Shown: positions 10,873-22,994 of the stretch, in pieces
Numbering within the stretch: position 1 is the stretch's first letter
How the letters are laid out: each line of letters opens with the position of its first letter
DNA from: Nitrospirota bacterium
GTDB taxonomy: Bacteria > Nitrospirota > Nitrospiria > Nitrospirales > Nitrospiraceae
Direction of reading: 5' to 3'
Assembly (NCBI GenBank): GCA_963701855.1
Contig: CAVPBK010000003.1
Coordinates: 1-64,000, forward strand
DNA: 64,000 nt
The notes under the pieces: model-generated
Seen by the model: the letters and a program-made list of their open reading frames with translations, nothing else
Database searches by the model: none
Told to the model about the DNA's origin: nothing
Position numbers and translations under genes: made by a program

Positions 10873-11457
10873 CTATGGCTGTACGGGAGCGTCGTCAGAG
10901 AGCAATACAGTATGTTCCACTCGTGCCTGGCGGTCTTGCAACGTCACACTCTCTTGCGTAATCGCTTTCACCACGACGTGGTCTTCTAAGGCTTCTCCGG
11001 TCCTGACGACATGGACATCATCCCTCTTCGTGAGCACAGCCAGTTCGCCCTTCTTTCGCCACCCCTCCTCCATACGCACAAACCCGAGATAGTGGAATTG
11101 TGCCAATCCGTCAAGAGCCACCTGTTGGCGCAGTGCCTGCTCCAACCCAGGATCGGACTCTGGCCCATGTGCACCTGCCACCTCCAAGTCATCCGAGCGA
11201 GCCAGGGCAAAAATATTACGTGGCAGGGTAAAGATCATCTCCCGTTGAGTCCTCGCGGTCGCGAGGAGATCGAGCTGAACATGCAACCCATCGACTACTC
11301 CACGGGTTGCCCGAGGCGTCGCAGCAGGACCGCTCACATTGGTCAGCGGCACATGCACGGGCTCTTCCATGATCGGCCATTCGCTGGCAACAATCCCACC
11401 CCAGAGCAGGCCAAGCGCAGCCAATGCCGCCATTTTCTTTTGATTGGTCGTCATCAT
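10873..11457 (-). CDS. PilP/GspC-position assembly protein (left copy)
   Basis: N-terminal TM helix; follows the PilO-like gene; C-terminal HVVRTGE...VKAITQESVTL resembles the PilP/GspC HR domain. Confidence 0.65.
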   Translation of the reverse strand: MMTTNQKKMAALAALGLLWGGIVASEWPIMEEPVHVPLTNVSGPAATPRATRGVVDGLHVQLDLLATARTQREMIFTLPRNIFALARSDDLEVAGAHGPESDPGLEQALRQQVALDGLAQFHYLGFVRMEEGWRKKGELAVLTKRDDVHVVRTGEALEDHVVVKAITQESVTLQDRQARVEHTVLLSDDAPVQP

Positions 11458-11466
11458 ATCTCGGCG

Positions 11467-12018
11467 CTACAGTTTATCAGGCTCGCCTCGAAGGTACGTG
11501 GCAATCTTAATATTAAAAGTCAACGTCTGGTCCTGCTGAGCGTCAGAGCGCACAAGTTCTAAGTCCTCGATATAGACCAATTCCTCTGCCGTCTCCACGT
11601 TATAGAGAAACCGTCGCAGATCCTCGTAACGACCGGTCATCGTACCTTGAAGCACCCCCTTACTTATATTGGCCACCATTGCAGGCTCAGTCTTATAGGA
11701 AAGCGCGGGGAGGATCACACGATCCCGCTTCGCCTCCTCAGTAATACCCAGTGCCAAGGGAGCAAAATCCCGTTCAACCGGCAAGACCGACCACACCTGA
11801 GCAAGATCCTTCCGCGCTTTCTGAGCCTCCTTATGGTGTGTAAATTCTTGACGAACTTGACTCCATTCCAACTCCAATTTCGCCCGACTCTGCTCGGCCC
11901 CATCAACCCCAACGGTGCGGACCACCCACAAGACTCCGGCCAACAGCAACAGCAGCACAAGCCATGGGATCAAGACCCCATAGGGTTTTCGCAACTGTTG
12001 GAGGATGAAATCCATCAT
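11467..12018 (-). CDS. PilO/GspM-like assembly protein (left copy)
   Basis: TM helix, coiled coil and GRYEDLRRFLYNVE motif; identical to 56572-57123. Confidence 0.8.
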   Translation of the reverse strand: MMDFILQQLRKPYGVLIPWLVLLLLLAGVLWVVRTVGVDGAEQSRAKLELEWSQVRQEFTHHKEAQKARKDLAQVWSVLPVERDFAPLALGITEEAKRDRVILPALSYKTEPAMVANISKGVLQGTMTGRYEDLRRFLYNVETAEELVYIEDLELVRSDAQQDQTLTFNIKIATYLRGEPDKL

Positions 12019-12172
12019 GTTGTTCTATCAAATTGCCCAATACGACTATTTTGACACGCGAAACTGGTTCGATCTGGTTCATCTGGTTGGGCTTGTTCAA
12101 CCAAATAAACAAGACAAACCAGACAGAACAAACAACGGCCTGCTTATGCTGGTGGCCTTTTTCAGCATCCTG

Positions 12173-12800
12173 CTACATGCCTGGTTGCCGATAGCGCAGC
12201 GTAAGGTCAAACTCAATCAAGTCATTTGGCCCCACCCGATACTGGCCCAGCACAGGATCGCGAAAGACGGCATGATCTTGCAATGTGACCGTCAATGCCG
12301 TCACATCTTCGACCGTCACTGCCAACCCTGTCATGTATACGAGCGCGCTCCCCGGATCCAGGCGTATACTCTTAATCGACACATGCTGGGGAATGGCCGT
12401 TTCAAGAGTAGATAGAAACTGTGTCCAGGAAAAATGCCGTTTTGTGAGCAGCTCGTTCGCTAAACTGACTTCAGCCGGTAACTGCTGCAATGAAGGTCCG
12501 GAGAGATCAATACCTTCCTGTTGGGCCTGGGAAAGGAGCTGATGATCTTGCATGCGAACATGGTCGAGACGGGCTTGTATGTCGTCCCGGTCGCGCATGG
12601 TCATCACGGTCTGGGTCACACTCCAGAGGATTGGCCCCGATGATCCCGCTGAGCGCAACCAGCATCAGACGAACAGGCGCAACATACCATCGGTATCGGC
12701 TACTCAGTTCGATGTGAAAATATCGCGCCCCCCCTGGCGTCAAGAGAAATCCGTTCGTCCTGCGGGCAAGCGTACCAAGAGATGTCCATCCAGGCGCCAT
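12173..12800 (-). pseudogene. PilN-like protein, frameshifted left copy
   Basis: Indel near 12635 relative to 55788-56417. Confidence 0.75.
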
Positions 12801-12802
12801 CG

Positions 12803-13802
12803 TCACATCACTCCTGCCACAACAGGGAGCGTGGCCCATGACGTACTCCCTCCGTCATGAGTCCACCCGCCCGTTCAACAGCTTCCCAGTCCAGTCGCTC
12901 AGTCGATAGGCCGAGTTCCCTATTCAGCGCCTGTTCAATCGTCGGGAATGGGCTATCTCCGGCAAAGACCATTTCAGTCACGTTCAGGCCAGGATAATGC
13001 TCACGACACACACGAAGAGACGCCGCACATTCCTCGACAATATTATCGGCCACGCCTCTCCCCAAGTCCTCTTCATCTTGAAGTCCTACTGACCTCAACA
13101 GCTTGGTCCGAACAAAAACCAACCGGTCTTCCTGCATGACGAAGCACGTCAACCCGCCGTCCGATACACTGGCCCAGAGCAAATCGCGGCCCAACCGTTT
13201 CCGGCCACCTGCCGCTTTCAGCCAGAGATTAAACAGACGAAAGCTGGTTACCCCGATTTCTTGTGGAAGCAACCCGATCGATTCCAGAGGGACTCGTATT
13301 GCTTCAAGATGGATTCTTGAATTGCCACGGCGAGAACAACATGGGCACGCTCGTCTCTTGCCCCATGTGAGGGAAACCCCTGCCAGACAATCTTGGCCCC
13401 GGCCAGGGGCAACAGCTGTTCCTGCCCTAGGCGCCAACGAATCAACGACTCTTGTTCCTCCGCCTGCGCCGGGAGCTGTTCCAGCTGCAACACAGTCGCG
13501 CGCACCGACAGATCCGGTAACAACAACACAATCGGGCGTGGAACATGAGACAGCCATACACGCCCTGCGAATCGGATATCTCGACGTGGTCCTCCCAGCG
13601 ACCGAAGACAACGTTCAACCGCAGGCATATCTGTCAGATTCAGATCCATAGGGGACAGCTTGATCGCCCCGGTCGGCGCCGGCGAGAGAACGCACCGGTA
13701 GCGATACCGCCCCCGCCAGGTGCGGACGGCCTCTCCCCACACGAGAGTCTGCCCTCCGATTTTCAAGCAGTGCCGCGGACGGCTGATCGCCACTCCCCAC
13801 AT
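12803..13802 (-). pseudogene. PilM-like protein, frameshifted left copy
   Basis: Split into ORFs 13248-13802 and 12808-13611; indels near 13286 and 12866 relative to 54783-55784. Confidence 0.75.
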
Positions 13803-13805
13803 CGC

Positions 13806-15533
13806 TTATCCTTCCTCGCTAAACGTCACTCGATTGATTTCGTGCAAGGTGGTGGAACCTTCCAGCACCTTTCTGAGTGCGGACTGTCGCAACGTGATCA
13901 TCCCGCTGGTCACTGCGCGATAACGGATCTCGGACAAGGGACGCTCGGCAAGAATCATTTCTTTGATTTCATCGTTCAGATCCAGAAACTCCGTGATGCA
14001 TTTTCGGCCACGATACCCGGTTCCATGGCATTCCTGGCATCCTTTGCCTTCATAAAATGGCGTATCCTTATAACCCTCGAAATCGAGGCCGGATTCTTCA
14101 GCCAGCGATTTGTCGAGCGTGACCGCAGTCCGACAGGCGAGACACAGCATTCGAACAAGCCGCTGCGCCAACACACAGTTTAACGCGGCCAAGAAGTTGT
14201 AGGCATCGATTCCCATTGAGGCAAATCGCCCGATCACATCGAATACGTTGTTGGCGTGTACCGTCGTCAAGACCAAGTGGCCGGTAAGGGACGATTGGAT
14301 AGCGATTTGTGCGGTCTCGGCATCGCGGATCTCGCCGACCATGATCTTGTCAGGGTCATGACGCAGGATGGATCGGAGCCCTCGCGCGAAGGTCAGGCCT
14401 TTCTTCTCATTCACGGGAATTTGCACGACCCCTGACAGCTGATACTCGACAGGATCTTCGATCGTGATCAGTTTATCTTCCTTGATATTCATCTCCGTAA
14501 TCGCCGCATACAGTGTCGTCGTCTTTCCACTTCCGGTCGGACCGGTCACCAGCACCATGCCGTAGGGTCGTGTGATCGCGCGCCTAAAACACTTGAGATC
14601 TTCCACATTGAACCCGAGTCGTTCCAGCCGCAACGTCGACACACCAGTGGTGATCGCCTCGCGGTCAAGAATACGAACGACGACCGATTCACCGAACACG
14701 CTGGGAAGGATCGAGACGCGGAAATCGACGGTCTTTCGCTCCAGCCGCATCCGAAAGCTTCCATCTTGCGGGACCCGCCGCTCGGCGATGTCCAGGTCCG
14801 ACATGACTTTCAGCCGTGAGACCAACGGCGCATGGAGACGGATATCGAGCGGCTCCATCGCCGGAACGAGAATCCCATCGACCCGCAATTTTACCTTGGT
14901 GGCGCGATCGGCGGCTTCAATGTGAATATCGCTGGCCCGACGCTGCAGCGCGCTCAGGAGGATCGAATCCAACAGTTTGACGGCGGGGCTTTGATCCTCT
15001 CCCGCTTGATCGATCGTGAGGACTTCCTCTCCACGCTCATCCTCCTTCACCAACACGGATCGATACTCCGCCTCGAGTTCCCGAAGGGCTTGGCTGGAGC
15101 CTTCACTGCGTTCTAAGGCCGCCAGAATTGCGCTTCTCGGACTGACCACCAGATCCAACGGATGCCCCAAGAGCAATTCCAACTCATCCAGTGCCAGGAG
15201 ATTCTGCGGATCGGGGATGGCAATGGTCAGGCGACCTTGACGCTCTGCAATCGGGATGAAGGGATGCCGCTGCATGAGTTTCACCGACATGGAGTCATAA
15301 AACGACTGGTCGACCCGAAACTCCGTCAGAAAATCACAGGGCAAGTCAAACTGGACCGCCAACGCACGGGCCAGCTGATCCTCAGAGAGAATCCCCTCGC
15401 TCACCAAGGTCTGGCCGAAGGCTGCCGTCACACCGCCCAGCCGACTGAGGACTTGGTCGAGCGTCTGTTTCGGCAAAATCCCCTGCTGTATGAGAACATC
15501 CGCCAGAGTTGGTCGTGTCACAGTCCGTGCCAT
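13806..15533 (-). CDS. GspE/PilB secretion ATPase (left copy)
   Basis: ASDIHIE, GPTGSGKTTTLY, TIEDPVEY, LRHDPDKIMVGEIRD and tetracysteine motifs. Confidence 0.95.
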   Translation of the reverse strand: MARTVTRPTLADVLIQQGILPKQTLDQVLSRLGGVTAAFGQTLVSEGILSEDQLARALAVQFDLPCDFLTEFRVDQSFYDSMSVKLMQRHPFIPIAERQGRLTIAIPDPQNLLALDELELLLGHPLDLVVSPRSAILAALERSEGSSQALRELEAEYRSVLVKEDERGEEVLTIDQAGEDQSPAVKLLDSILLSALQRRASDIHIEAADRATKVKLRVDGILVPAMEPLDIRLHAPLVSRLKVMSDLDIAERRVPQDGSFRMRLERKTVDFRVSILPSVFGESVVVRILDREAITTGVSTLRLERLGFNVEDLKCFRRAITRPYGMVLVTGPTGSGKTTTLYAAITEMNIKEDKLITIEDPVEYQLSGVVQIPVNEKKGLTFARGLRSILRHDPDKIMVGEIRDAETAQIAIQSSLTGHLVLTTVHANNVFDVIGRFASMGIDAYNFLAALNCVLAQRLVRMLCLACRTAVTLDKSLAEESGLDFEGYKDTPFYEGKGCQECHGTGYRGRKCITEFLDLNDEIKEMILAERPLSEIRYRAVTSGMITLRQSALRKVLEGSTTLHEINRVTFSEEG

Positions 15534-15597
15534 AGCTTCCTATTCACTCCTCGACACAGGAGGCCAAGCCAAACCACAGCGAGAATGGCATTCAGCG

Positions 15598-16810
15598 CTA
15601 CACCGCCCCAGCCATTTGAAACACCGGCAGATACATGATAATGACGATCGCACCCACTAAGACCCCCATGATCAGAAGTAGCACCGGTTCAATCCACGTC
15701 GTCAGTTGCGTGAGCCGGAGATCCAGGTCTCCTTCATAGAATTCAGCCACGTCATGCAACATCGTGGGCAACGATCCGGTTTCCTCCCCGACCGACAGCA
15801 TCTCCACCGCCAATTTGGGAAATACTTTGGGGCGATCCAGTGCGGCGGCCAGGGTCGTCCCTTCGCGAATTTCCGCGACCGCAGCCGCGACTCCGACCGA
15901 CGACATACCGATTGGAGATGGCGCCACGTGCAAGAGACAACGCGTCCACAAGCGGGGTGCCTCCGGCAAGAATCGTCGCAAGGGTGCGCGTGAGTTGGAC
16001 CGTATAATGCTTCACGAAAATCGGTCCCAAGAGGGGCACGCTCAATAACAGCCGATCCACGGCGAGTCGCCCGGCCGGCGTCGCATAGTACGCACGACCT
16101 GCGAGCCCAAGAGCGGCAAGCCCCACGCATCCAGGCACAACGTACGCTTTGCCTCCCGTCACCAAATCGAGCAACAGTTGCGTGGCAACCGGTAAGGATT
16201 TCGACGTCTCCGCATAGACCGACACGAACGTCGGCACGACGTAACTCAACAGAAACCCGATGACGGCAATCCCGACAAGCACGAGGAAACCAGGATACGC
16301 AAGCGCTTTCGAGACCTTCTGACGCAGCCCGATCATCAATTTTAAATACGCAATGAACCGCTGCAGCACCTCGGCCAAATTTCCTGATTGTTCTCCGGCT
16401 TTGATCGTCGCAATATACAATTCTGAAAAATGGATCGGGTGTTTTGCCAGCGCTTCCGAAGCCGACGCCCCTCCACGAATATCTTGTCGGACCGTCCGCA
16501 AGGCCTGCTGAAATCCTGAATGGCTGGCTCGCTCGATCAAGAGATCCCACACCCTCAACACGGGAAGCCCTGCTTTCACGAGGGCGAGCAGCTCTTGATT
16601 GAACACCAAGAATTCTTGAAGCGGGAGCTTTCCAAACGCGTGCCACCCCAGACCCAAACCGGTTGTGGCCGCGCCCCGTCGCTGCAACCGAAAGATGAGG
16701 AAGCCCTGGCCCTCCAGTTTGGCCCGGACGAGGTGTTCTTCCTCTCCCTCAATCTGTCCATCGAGGGTTGAGCCATCAGGACGGGCCACTCTGTAAGCAA
16801 ATACAGGCAT
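15598..16810 (-). pseudogene. GspF/PilC platform protein, frameshifted left copy
   Basis: Two overlapping ORFs; indel near 15900 relative to 51777-52988. Confidence 0.8.
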
Positions 16811-17105
16811 GATACGGCGTGACGTCGGGGCGATAACGGGATCTAGAGGATGCTGAAAAATCGCTCTTCTCCTCGCCAACCCCTGCGCCGACCTTCATCT
16901 AGAGCTCTTTCCGAATAGCCTTCTCTCGTTCTCTATGACCTTCTGGACGTTTTTGAGCATTCTGAGATATATCCTGGCATCAGCACGTCTATAAGATTCC
17001 AACGGCATATTGTGCATACACCGAAGTTTCGCAGCCTCGCTAGCCCGCATGGTTCATGAAGCGTCTGCCACAAGCGCGGATTGTGAGACGTCATAATCAG
17101 GAAGC

Positions 17106-17988
17106 TTACGGCGTCGATGCGTCCTTGTCGTCGCCTGCCCCGGACATGAGTCCGATCATCCGGTAACCATAGGGCCTGGCCAATGACAATCCTGTTGTCG
17201 GTCAATTGATTGAGCGTCCGCAGATGCTCCAGATGGACACGATACTTCTGCGCAATCCTCCAGAGCGTATCACCGGGTTTCACCGAAACATGTTTAGTTG
17301 GAGCCATCGGCTCCTCAACCTCTGACGAGGGCTCACGGTTGGCCCGCACCGGCATCACAGCAACCGAGGTCGCCACCATCTGAGGCGGCTCAGGAGATTC
17401 TGATGGCTGATTTCGTTGTGCGGGAACCTGCATGGCCTTCTGGTCCTTCTGTATTGCATCGCTGGATGGTAGTGGGATCACCTCCTGCCCGTCATGAGAA
17501 GGGCTCGATTTCCCCGTTTTTGAAAGCTGCTTCTGGAGCTGCCTCATCTGGCCCTGTAATTGAAGACTGCTTCGGGACACATGCGTCCTCTCCTTCCGAG
17601 CTGCGGCCAGTTCTTCCCGTTGCAACTCGATCACCTGCCGTGCTTCGATGACCCGCCGTTCCGCTTCCCTCACCCGTCCTTCAAGCTGCGCCCGAGCGAC
17701 CTGAGCTTCTGCCAATTCCCTGCGCCGTGCCTCAAGGTCAGCCCGCAACTCAGCCACCATCCGTTGCGCATCTCGCACCGACACTTTTAACGTGTCTGTG
17801 GTCAGCTCAAGATCGACCACCTCCGGCTCACGCATCGGCTCGAGTTCGCCGCATCCCGCAAACAAGGCTGAGGCGAAGCCGACTGCACAGAGGACTCCGA
17901 CTCGCACCGTCGGATAACAGGCGCGTGTTGCTTCAACTGAAGTCTGAAACAATCTGCGATGGCGATTGCGCATGGACATCCTTACCAA
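17106..17988 (-). CDS. LysM coiled-coil lipoprotein (left copy; frameshift near the C-terminus)
   Basis: FAGC lipobox and VKPGDTLWRIAQKY LysM motif; an indel near 17140 shifts the reading frame past the stop used by the right copy. Confidence 0.75.
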
Positions 17989-18383
17989 CGATTATACGGG
18001 GTGCCATTCGTTCCCACAAACTCGGCCCCTGAAAAGATGTCGACCACGCCCCCCTCGACAGGATCAGAAATCTCTTGCCATGTGGTCGTCGCACCGGTGA
18101 AGGGATCTTTGGGGATCCCCCGCAGATACCCGGTGCCCACCAATGCCGACAGAGACGGAGGATACTTTCCCTGGTCTGCCTTGTGCTGATCCAGCACATC
18201 GCGGAGTGTCGAGAGATCCTGACGCAAGGCAGCCTCTTTGGCCTTCACAACCGACGATTGGTACGAGGGCACCGCCAGGGTGGCAAGAATGCCGATGATC
18301 GATACGACGATCATCAGCTCAAGCAGGGTGAAACCATTTGCGCCCCGTGCTCCACTCTTACCAATCTCGATACTTCGTGCCAT
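17982..18383 (-). CDS. Pseudopilin, GspG-like (left copy)
   Basis: G/FTLLELMIVV prepilin motif; YLRGIPKDP. Confidence 0.9.
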   Translation of the reverse strand: MARSIEIGKSGARGANGFTLLELMIVVSIIGILATLAVPSYQSSVVKAKEAALRQDLSTLRDVLDQHKADQGKYPPSLSALVGTGYLRGIPKDPFTGATTTWQEISDPVEGGVVDIFSGAEFVGTNGTPYNRW

Positions 18384-18864
18384 CTAATGCCATGTCCTGA
18401 CTTTGAGTCATCACGTCATACACGTCATCCCCACACCAACTCGATGCGTTCGGCGCATCTTTATAGCATCGGAACAACCAATCAGCCTTGCCGGTCAAGG
18501 GATCGAGGGGAAGACTCCTCAGATAGCGCTTCGTCGTCGTGCCCCTGACCGTCGCCTCTTGACTCGTGAGCTTGATCCCCAACAGCTTATCCAGCGACTT
18601 CGGATATCCGTACACACTCGTCACGTCTTTGCACGTGAGCTTATTCTTCATACACGCCGCCCCCAATAAGACGTCCCCATCGCGATTCCACTCCAGCTTA
18701 AAGGTGTCAATGGCAGCCCGCATGATCCTCAACTGCTGCCGCAGTTCTACTTCGTGAGTCCGTTTCGCCGACAGGCGGCTGAGCGGCATCGCGATAGAGG
18801 CGAGAACCATCACAATCGTCATCGTGATCAGGAGTTCCAAAAGAGTCACGCCTGACTCTTTCAC
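18358..18864 (-). CDS. Pseudopilin, GspG-like (left copy)
   Basis: G/VTLLELL prepilin motif; YLRSLPLDP. Confidence 0.88.
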   Translation of the reverse strand: MKESGVTLLELLITMTIVMVLASIAMPLSRLSAKRTHEVELRQQLRIMRAAIDTFKLEWNRDGDVLLGAACMKNKLTCKDVTSVYGYPKSLDKLLGIKLTSQEATVRGTTTKRYLRSLPLDPLTGKADWLFRCYKDAPNASSWCGDDVYDVMTQSQDMALDGTKYRDW

Positions 18865-21224
18865 CGCACCCTCACGATACCTTTTCCTTCTTGGGACGTG
18901 GCCGTGGATGATCCCGGGGCAGAATCCACCAACGCCACACGCACTGGAGACACACCAGGCGCCTTGGCGTAGAAGGTGACCGTGACGGTCCGCCCTCCTG
19001 CCTGTCTCGCGGATGGTGCGACTTTGAACGCAACCGTTCCCACTTGCGTCTCTGATCTCTTCGAGGCCTGCTCGCCTGTGCCCTCTGACTGGACGACCTT
19101 ACCATTGAGGAGTGTTCTGAATTCCAGTACCTGTGGATCATACTGAAGCTGAAACACGCCTTCCGCCGTTGGACGAAGACGTTCGTCATTGATGGCAAGC
19201 TTCAATTCTTTTCCCATTTGGATCACTGGATCGTCGGGCCTAATCGAGGCGACCGCCCCTCCCAAAACCATTGGGGTGAGTGTGGCTACAGAGGCCTTCC
19301 CCGCCATTCCCTCTTTTTCCGACCCTCTCGACGATGAGAACTTTGCACCCGAAACCCCGCCACCCAGCATGGAAATTTTCTTCCCCTTTGGGGTAAACAT
19401 CGGGTTCGTGGAATAACTTGAATCCGTCCCGGACCAAAATACTTGCGTACTGAGCCCAGGAGGAGTGACCCCCTGAATGATGTGCGGTGTAATCGTCAGA
19501 ATCACCTCGGTGGTGACCCGTTGAGTCATAAAAGAACTCAAGAGATTGCCGATGAACGGAAGATCGCCGATCCAGGGAATCGTGGTGCGGGTCTTGCGGT
19601 CCTCTTCTTGGATCAGCCCTCCCAACACAATAGTTTCACCATCTCTGACATTGAGCATGGTTTCCGCCGAGCGATTCCCAAATTTAAACTGGGTAATGGG
19701 GGGACTGGCTTGGAGCAGAACTTGATCACCAAGACGAACGACTTCAATCTTCATCTTCAGGGAAAGTTCATTCCCCAGATGGATGGAAGGCTCAACGGTC
19801 AATTTGACTCCGGTGTCGCGGAATTCGATCGAGGTCACCGTCGAGGTCGTCGGAACTGCCCCTGTTGCCGCTTGACCTGGCAAGACATTCGTTGTGGAAA
19901 GCAGGATCGGCTGCTTATCACCAATGTTAATCTCCGCCTTCTTGTTGTTGACCACACGGATTTTCGGAGCGGCAAGGGTCTTGGCATCGGTGATCTGTTT
20001 AAAGAAATCCAGCTGGACGTTGGTCGGAAGCTTAAAGAGATAGCTGTTCCTGCCAAGGCCGGTGAGTTGGTTGAAGCGTGAACTGCTGTGCGAGAGTTCC
20101 GGCGATCAGTCCCGTAGACCCCGGAGGTACCATGGCAGCTGCGATTTGTTTCGGATAGGTCAGCCCATAGGTCTGATCGACTGTGCGATCGACCTCCAGA
20201 ACCTCAACATCAAACAGCACTTCGGAGTCCAGGCGGTCGTTGGCCAAGATGATTTTTTCAGCCATCTCCAGCTTTTCCGGTTGGTCCCGGATGACAATCG
20301 TGTTCAATTGTTCATTGGCATGCATCCGTTTAGAATCGAGCATGCTCTTCAGCAACACCAGCATATCTTTCGCTTTGGCGTTGGACAAATAGAATGTCCG
20401 AATCATCAGATCTTGATACTGTTCCTGCTTCTGCTTGGTATTGGGGCTGACAATCATGACGCCCGGAGATACGGTTTGGGCGAACAGGCTATTGCTGTTG
20501 AGAAGGAGATTGAAGGCCTCTTCGAACGGCGTATCCTGAATGCTAATGGTCACAGGGTCATTTCTGACATCCTTGTCGAAAATGAGGTTGATCCCTCCGG
20601 CCTTTCCAATTCCTTCCAAGACTTCTTTAAGCCCGGCATTGCGAAACCGAAGTGTCACAGGTTGTTTCCGCCGATCGTCACGGTTCAGCGCCTGCTGCTC
20701 CTCGGTGAGCTTGGAGATGCTTTCAAGGGGTTCCTTGAACGAGGGATCCAGCTCAGCCGCTCTGGCATACGCCTCCATGGCCTCGTCGGTCCGACCGAGC
20801 TGGGCGAGGCGATCTGCCTCTCGATTCTGGCCGCGCGCATCTTTCAAGCGAAGCGCTTCAAGCAACCCCGATTGATGTTCGAGACTGGACGGTTCGATGG
20901 TGAGTGCACGCTTAAATTGTTCCGCTGCGAGGTCAGGCTGGTGTTCTTTGAGATACGCCCGTCCTCGCTCCTCATACGACGCCGCAGCTCGTTCTCGAGC
21001 CATGGTGTATTTGCCCTGTAATGTGGGATTGAAGGGATCATCTTTCAGCGCTTGCTTATAGGCGAGACTGGCTTCCTCCCAATTACTCGCTGCGAGATGT
21101 TGATCCCCTCGTTTGACGTCAGGTGAACTGAAATAGGCGCAGCCGGCGAGAAGGGCCAATGCCCCAATGGCACACCACAACCCCGATGCCGTGCGTCTTA
21201 CGATGCTCTGCCCAGACTATTCAT
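18861..21224 (-). pseudogene. Secretin, GspD-like, frameshifted left copy
   Basis: Split into ORFs 20032-21180 and 18861-19955; indel near 20070 relative to 47447-49804. Confidence 0.8.
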
Positions 21225-21487
21225 CGGTCACCGAACCAGGCCGACCCCAAAAAAGGAACCAGGGAAACTACCTGGAATTTTCATGCCACCAGCAGTCTAT
21301 AGCAGCCTCTCAGAGTGCGGCAATAAGAATCAAAAACTCTGCTGAAAGTGAAAGATGAGTGTTCTGTCTGTTACGTACTACCGGGAAGTTCCCGGTGTGA
21401 GCATGCCGTCTTCCCGCCACTCCATACGTATTAGACTACGTGGAAAGGTGCTGGTGCAGAATGAAGAACACCGCGGCTTGCTGCCTC

Positions 21488-22786
21488 TTATAAACGCCAG
21501 TACTTGAGCGTCTTAGGCAGTTTCGCCTGATCAAGCAGACATTTCACATCAATAACCACACCCTCTCGCTGACTGCGAAGAGGCTTGAGCAATTTCTGCA
21601 GGCCCATATCCGCATACTTGCGGTGCGCCACCGCAATAACCAATCCATCGATTCTTCAGATCGTTCCACTGCTCAAATGAATTCCGTATTCAGCGACCGC
21701 CTCTTCCGGTTCTGCGATCGGATCATGCACCAACACTTGAACCCCATACTCTCGCAACTCCTGAATGATATCGAGCACCTTGCTGTTGCGCAGATCCGGC
21801 ACATTTTCTTTAAACGTGAGGCCTAAGACTGCCACCTTGAGATCGTTGACTGGCCGGGGAAGCTGACCGAGCAGCTTCATCGTTTGCTCCGCAACGAACT
21901 TTCCCATCCCGTTATTGATGCGCCGACCAGCCAGAATCATTTGCGGATGATAGCCGACCGATTCAGCCTTAGCGGTCAGATAATACGGATCTACGCCAAT
22001 ACAATGTCCGCCGACTAATCCCGGGAAAAACTTCAGAAAGTTCCACTTCGTACCGGCAGCGTCGAGGACCGACTTGGTATCGATTCCGAGACGATGGAAG
22101 ATGAGAGCCAGCTCATTCATCAATGCAATGTTCAGATCGCGCTGTGTGTTCTCGATCACCTTGGCTGCTTCCGCAACCTTAATGCTTGAAGCCCGATGGA
22201 TCCCGGCCTTCACGACGAGCGCATAGGTATTCGCAACGACTTCAAGCGAATCCGCATCCTGAGCCGAAACGACTTTGACGATCTTCTCGAGAGTATGCTC
22301 CTTGTCCCCTGGATTGATGCGCTCTGGTGAATATCCAACCTTGAAGTCAATGCCTGATTTGAGGCCGGAAGTCTTCTCCAGAATGGGGAGACAAATGTCC
22401 TCTGTCACTCCCGGGTAAACCGTAGACTCATAGACAACGATCGTACCAGGCGACATATTTTTGCCGATCAATTCCGAGACCATTCGTAGCGCCTTGAGAT
22501 CCGGCTGGAGCGCTTCATTGATCGGAGTTGGAACGGCCACAATGATGAAGTCGGCGGCCTTGAGGTCGGTAGGCTCCGAAGTATACTGCACATCGGAGGC
22601 TTTGAGGTCGGCCGTCGACACTTCCCCCGTTCGGTCAAAGCCCCTCTGCAGTTCTGCGATCTTTGCTTTGTTGATATCGAACCCGATGACCTTACCCCGC
22701 CTGCCGAAGGCAACGGCGATAGGAAGCCCCACATAACCAAGTCCAACAAGCGCAACCTTTCGTTCGTTCTCTTTCTTTTGAGCCAT
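21488..22786 (-). pseudogene. UDP-N-acetylhexosamine dehydrogenase, frameshifted left copy
   Basis: ORF ends early at 21656 because of deletions at ~21650-21675 relative to 45877-47178. Confidence 0.8.
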
Positions 22787-22994
22787 GAATCCTCTCCGTC
22801 GGTTTTTATTAGAATGGCAGAACGTCGCATTTCCGTCAACGAAGTCGAGTGAGTTCGAGACATACCTCCATTTGCCTATGGATGATCGTCGGTTCTTGAA
22901 AACTCAACTGCGTGTAGATTTTTCCCATGCAGCATTTTCTCCCATAAATGTTACACATGGTTTGTGAATGCGCCGCTATTCACAAGACCTCGAC

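Noticed and set aside
8636..12135. CRISPR array
   Set aside because: The repeats are degenerate short tandem or palindromic units without regular unique spacers, and no cas genes are present.
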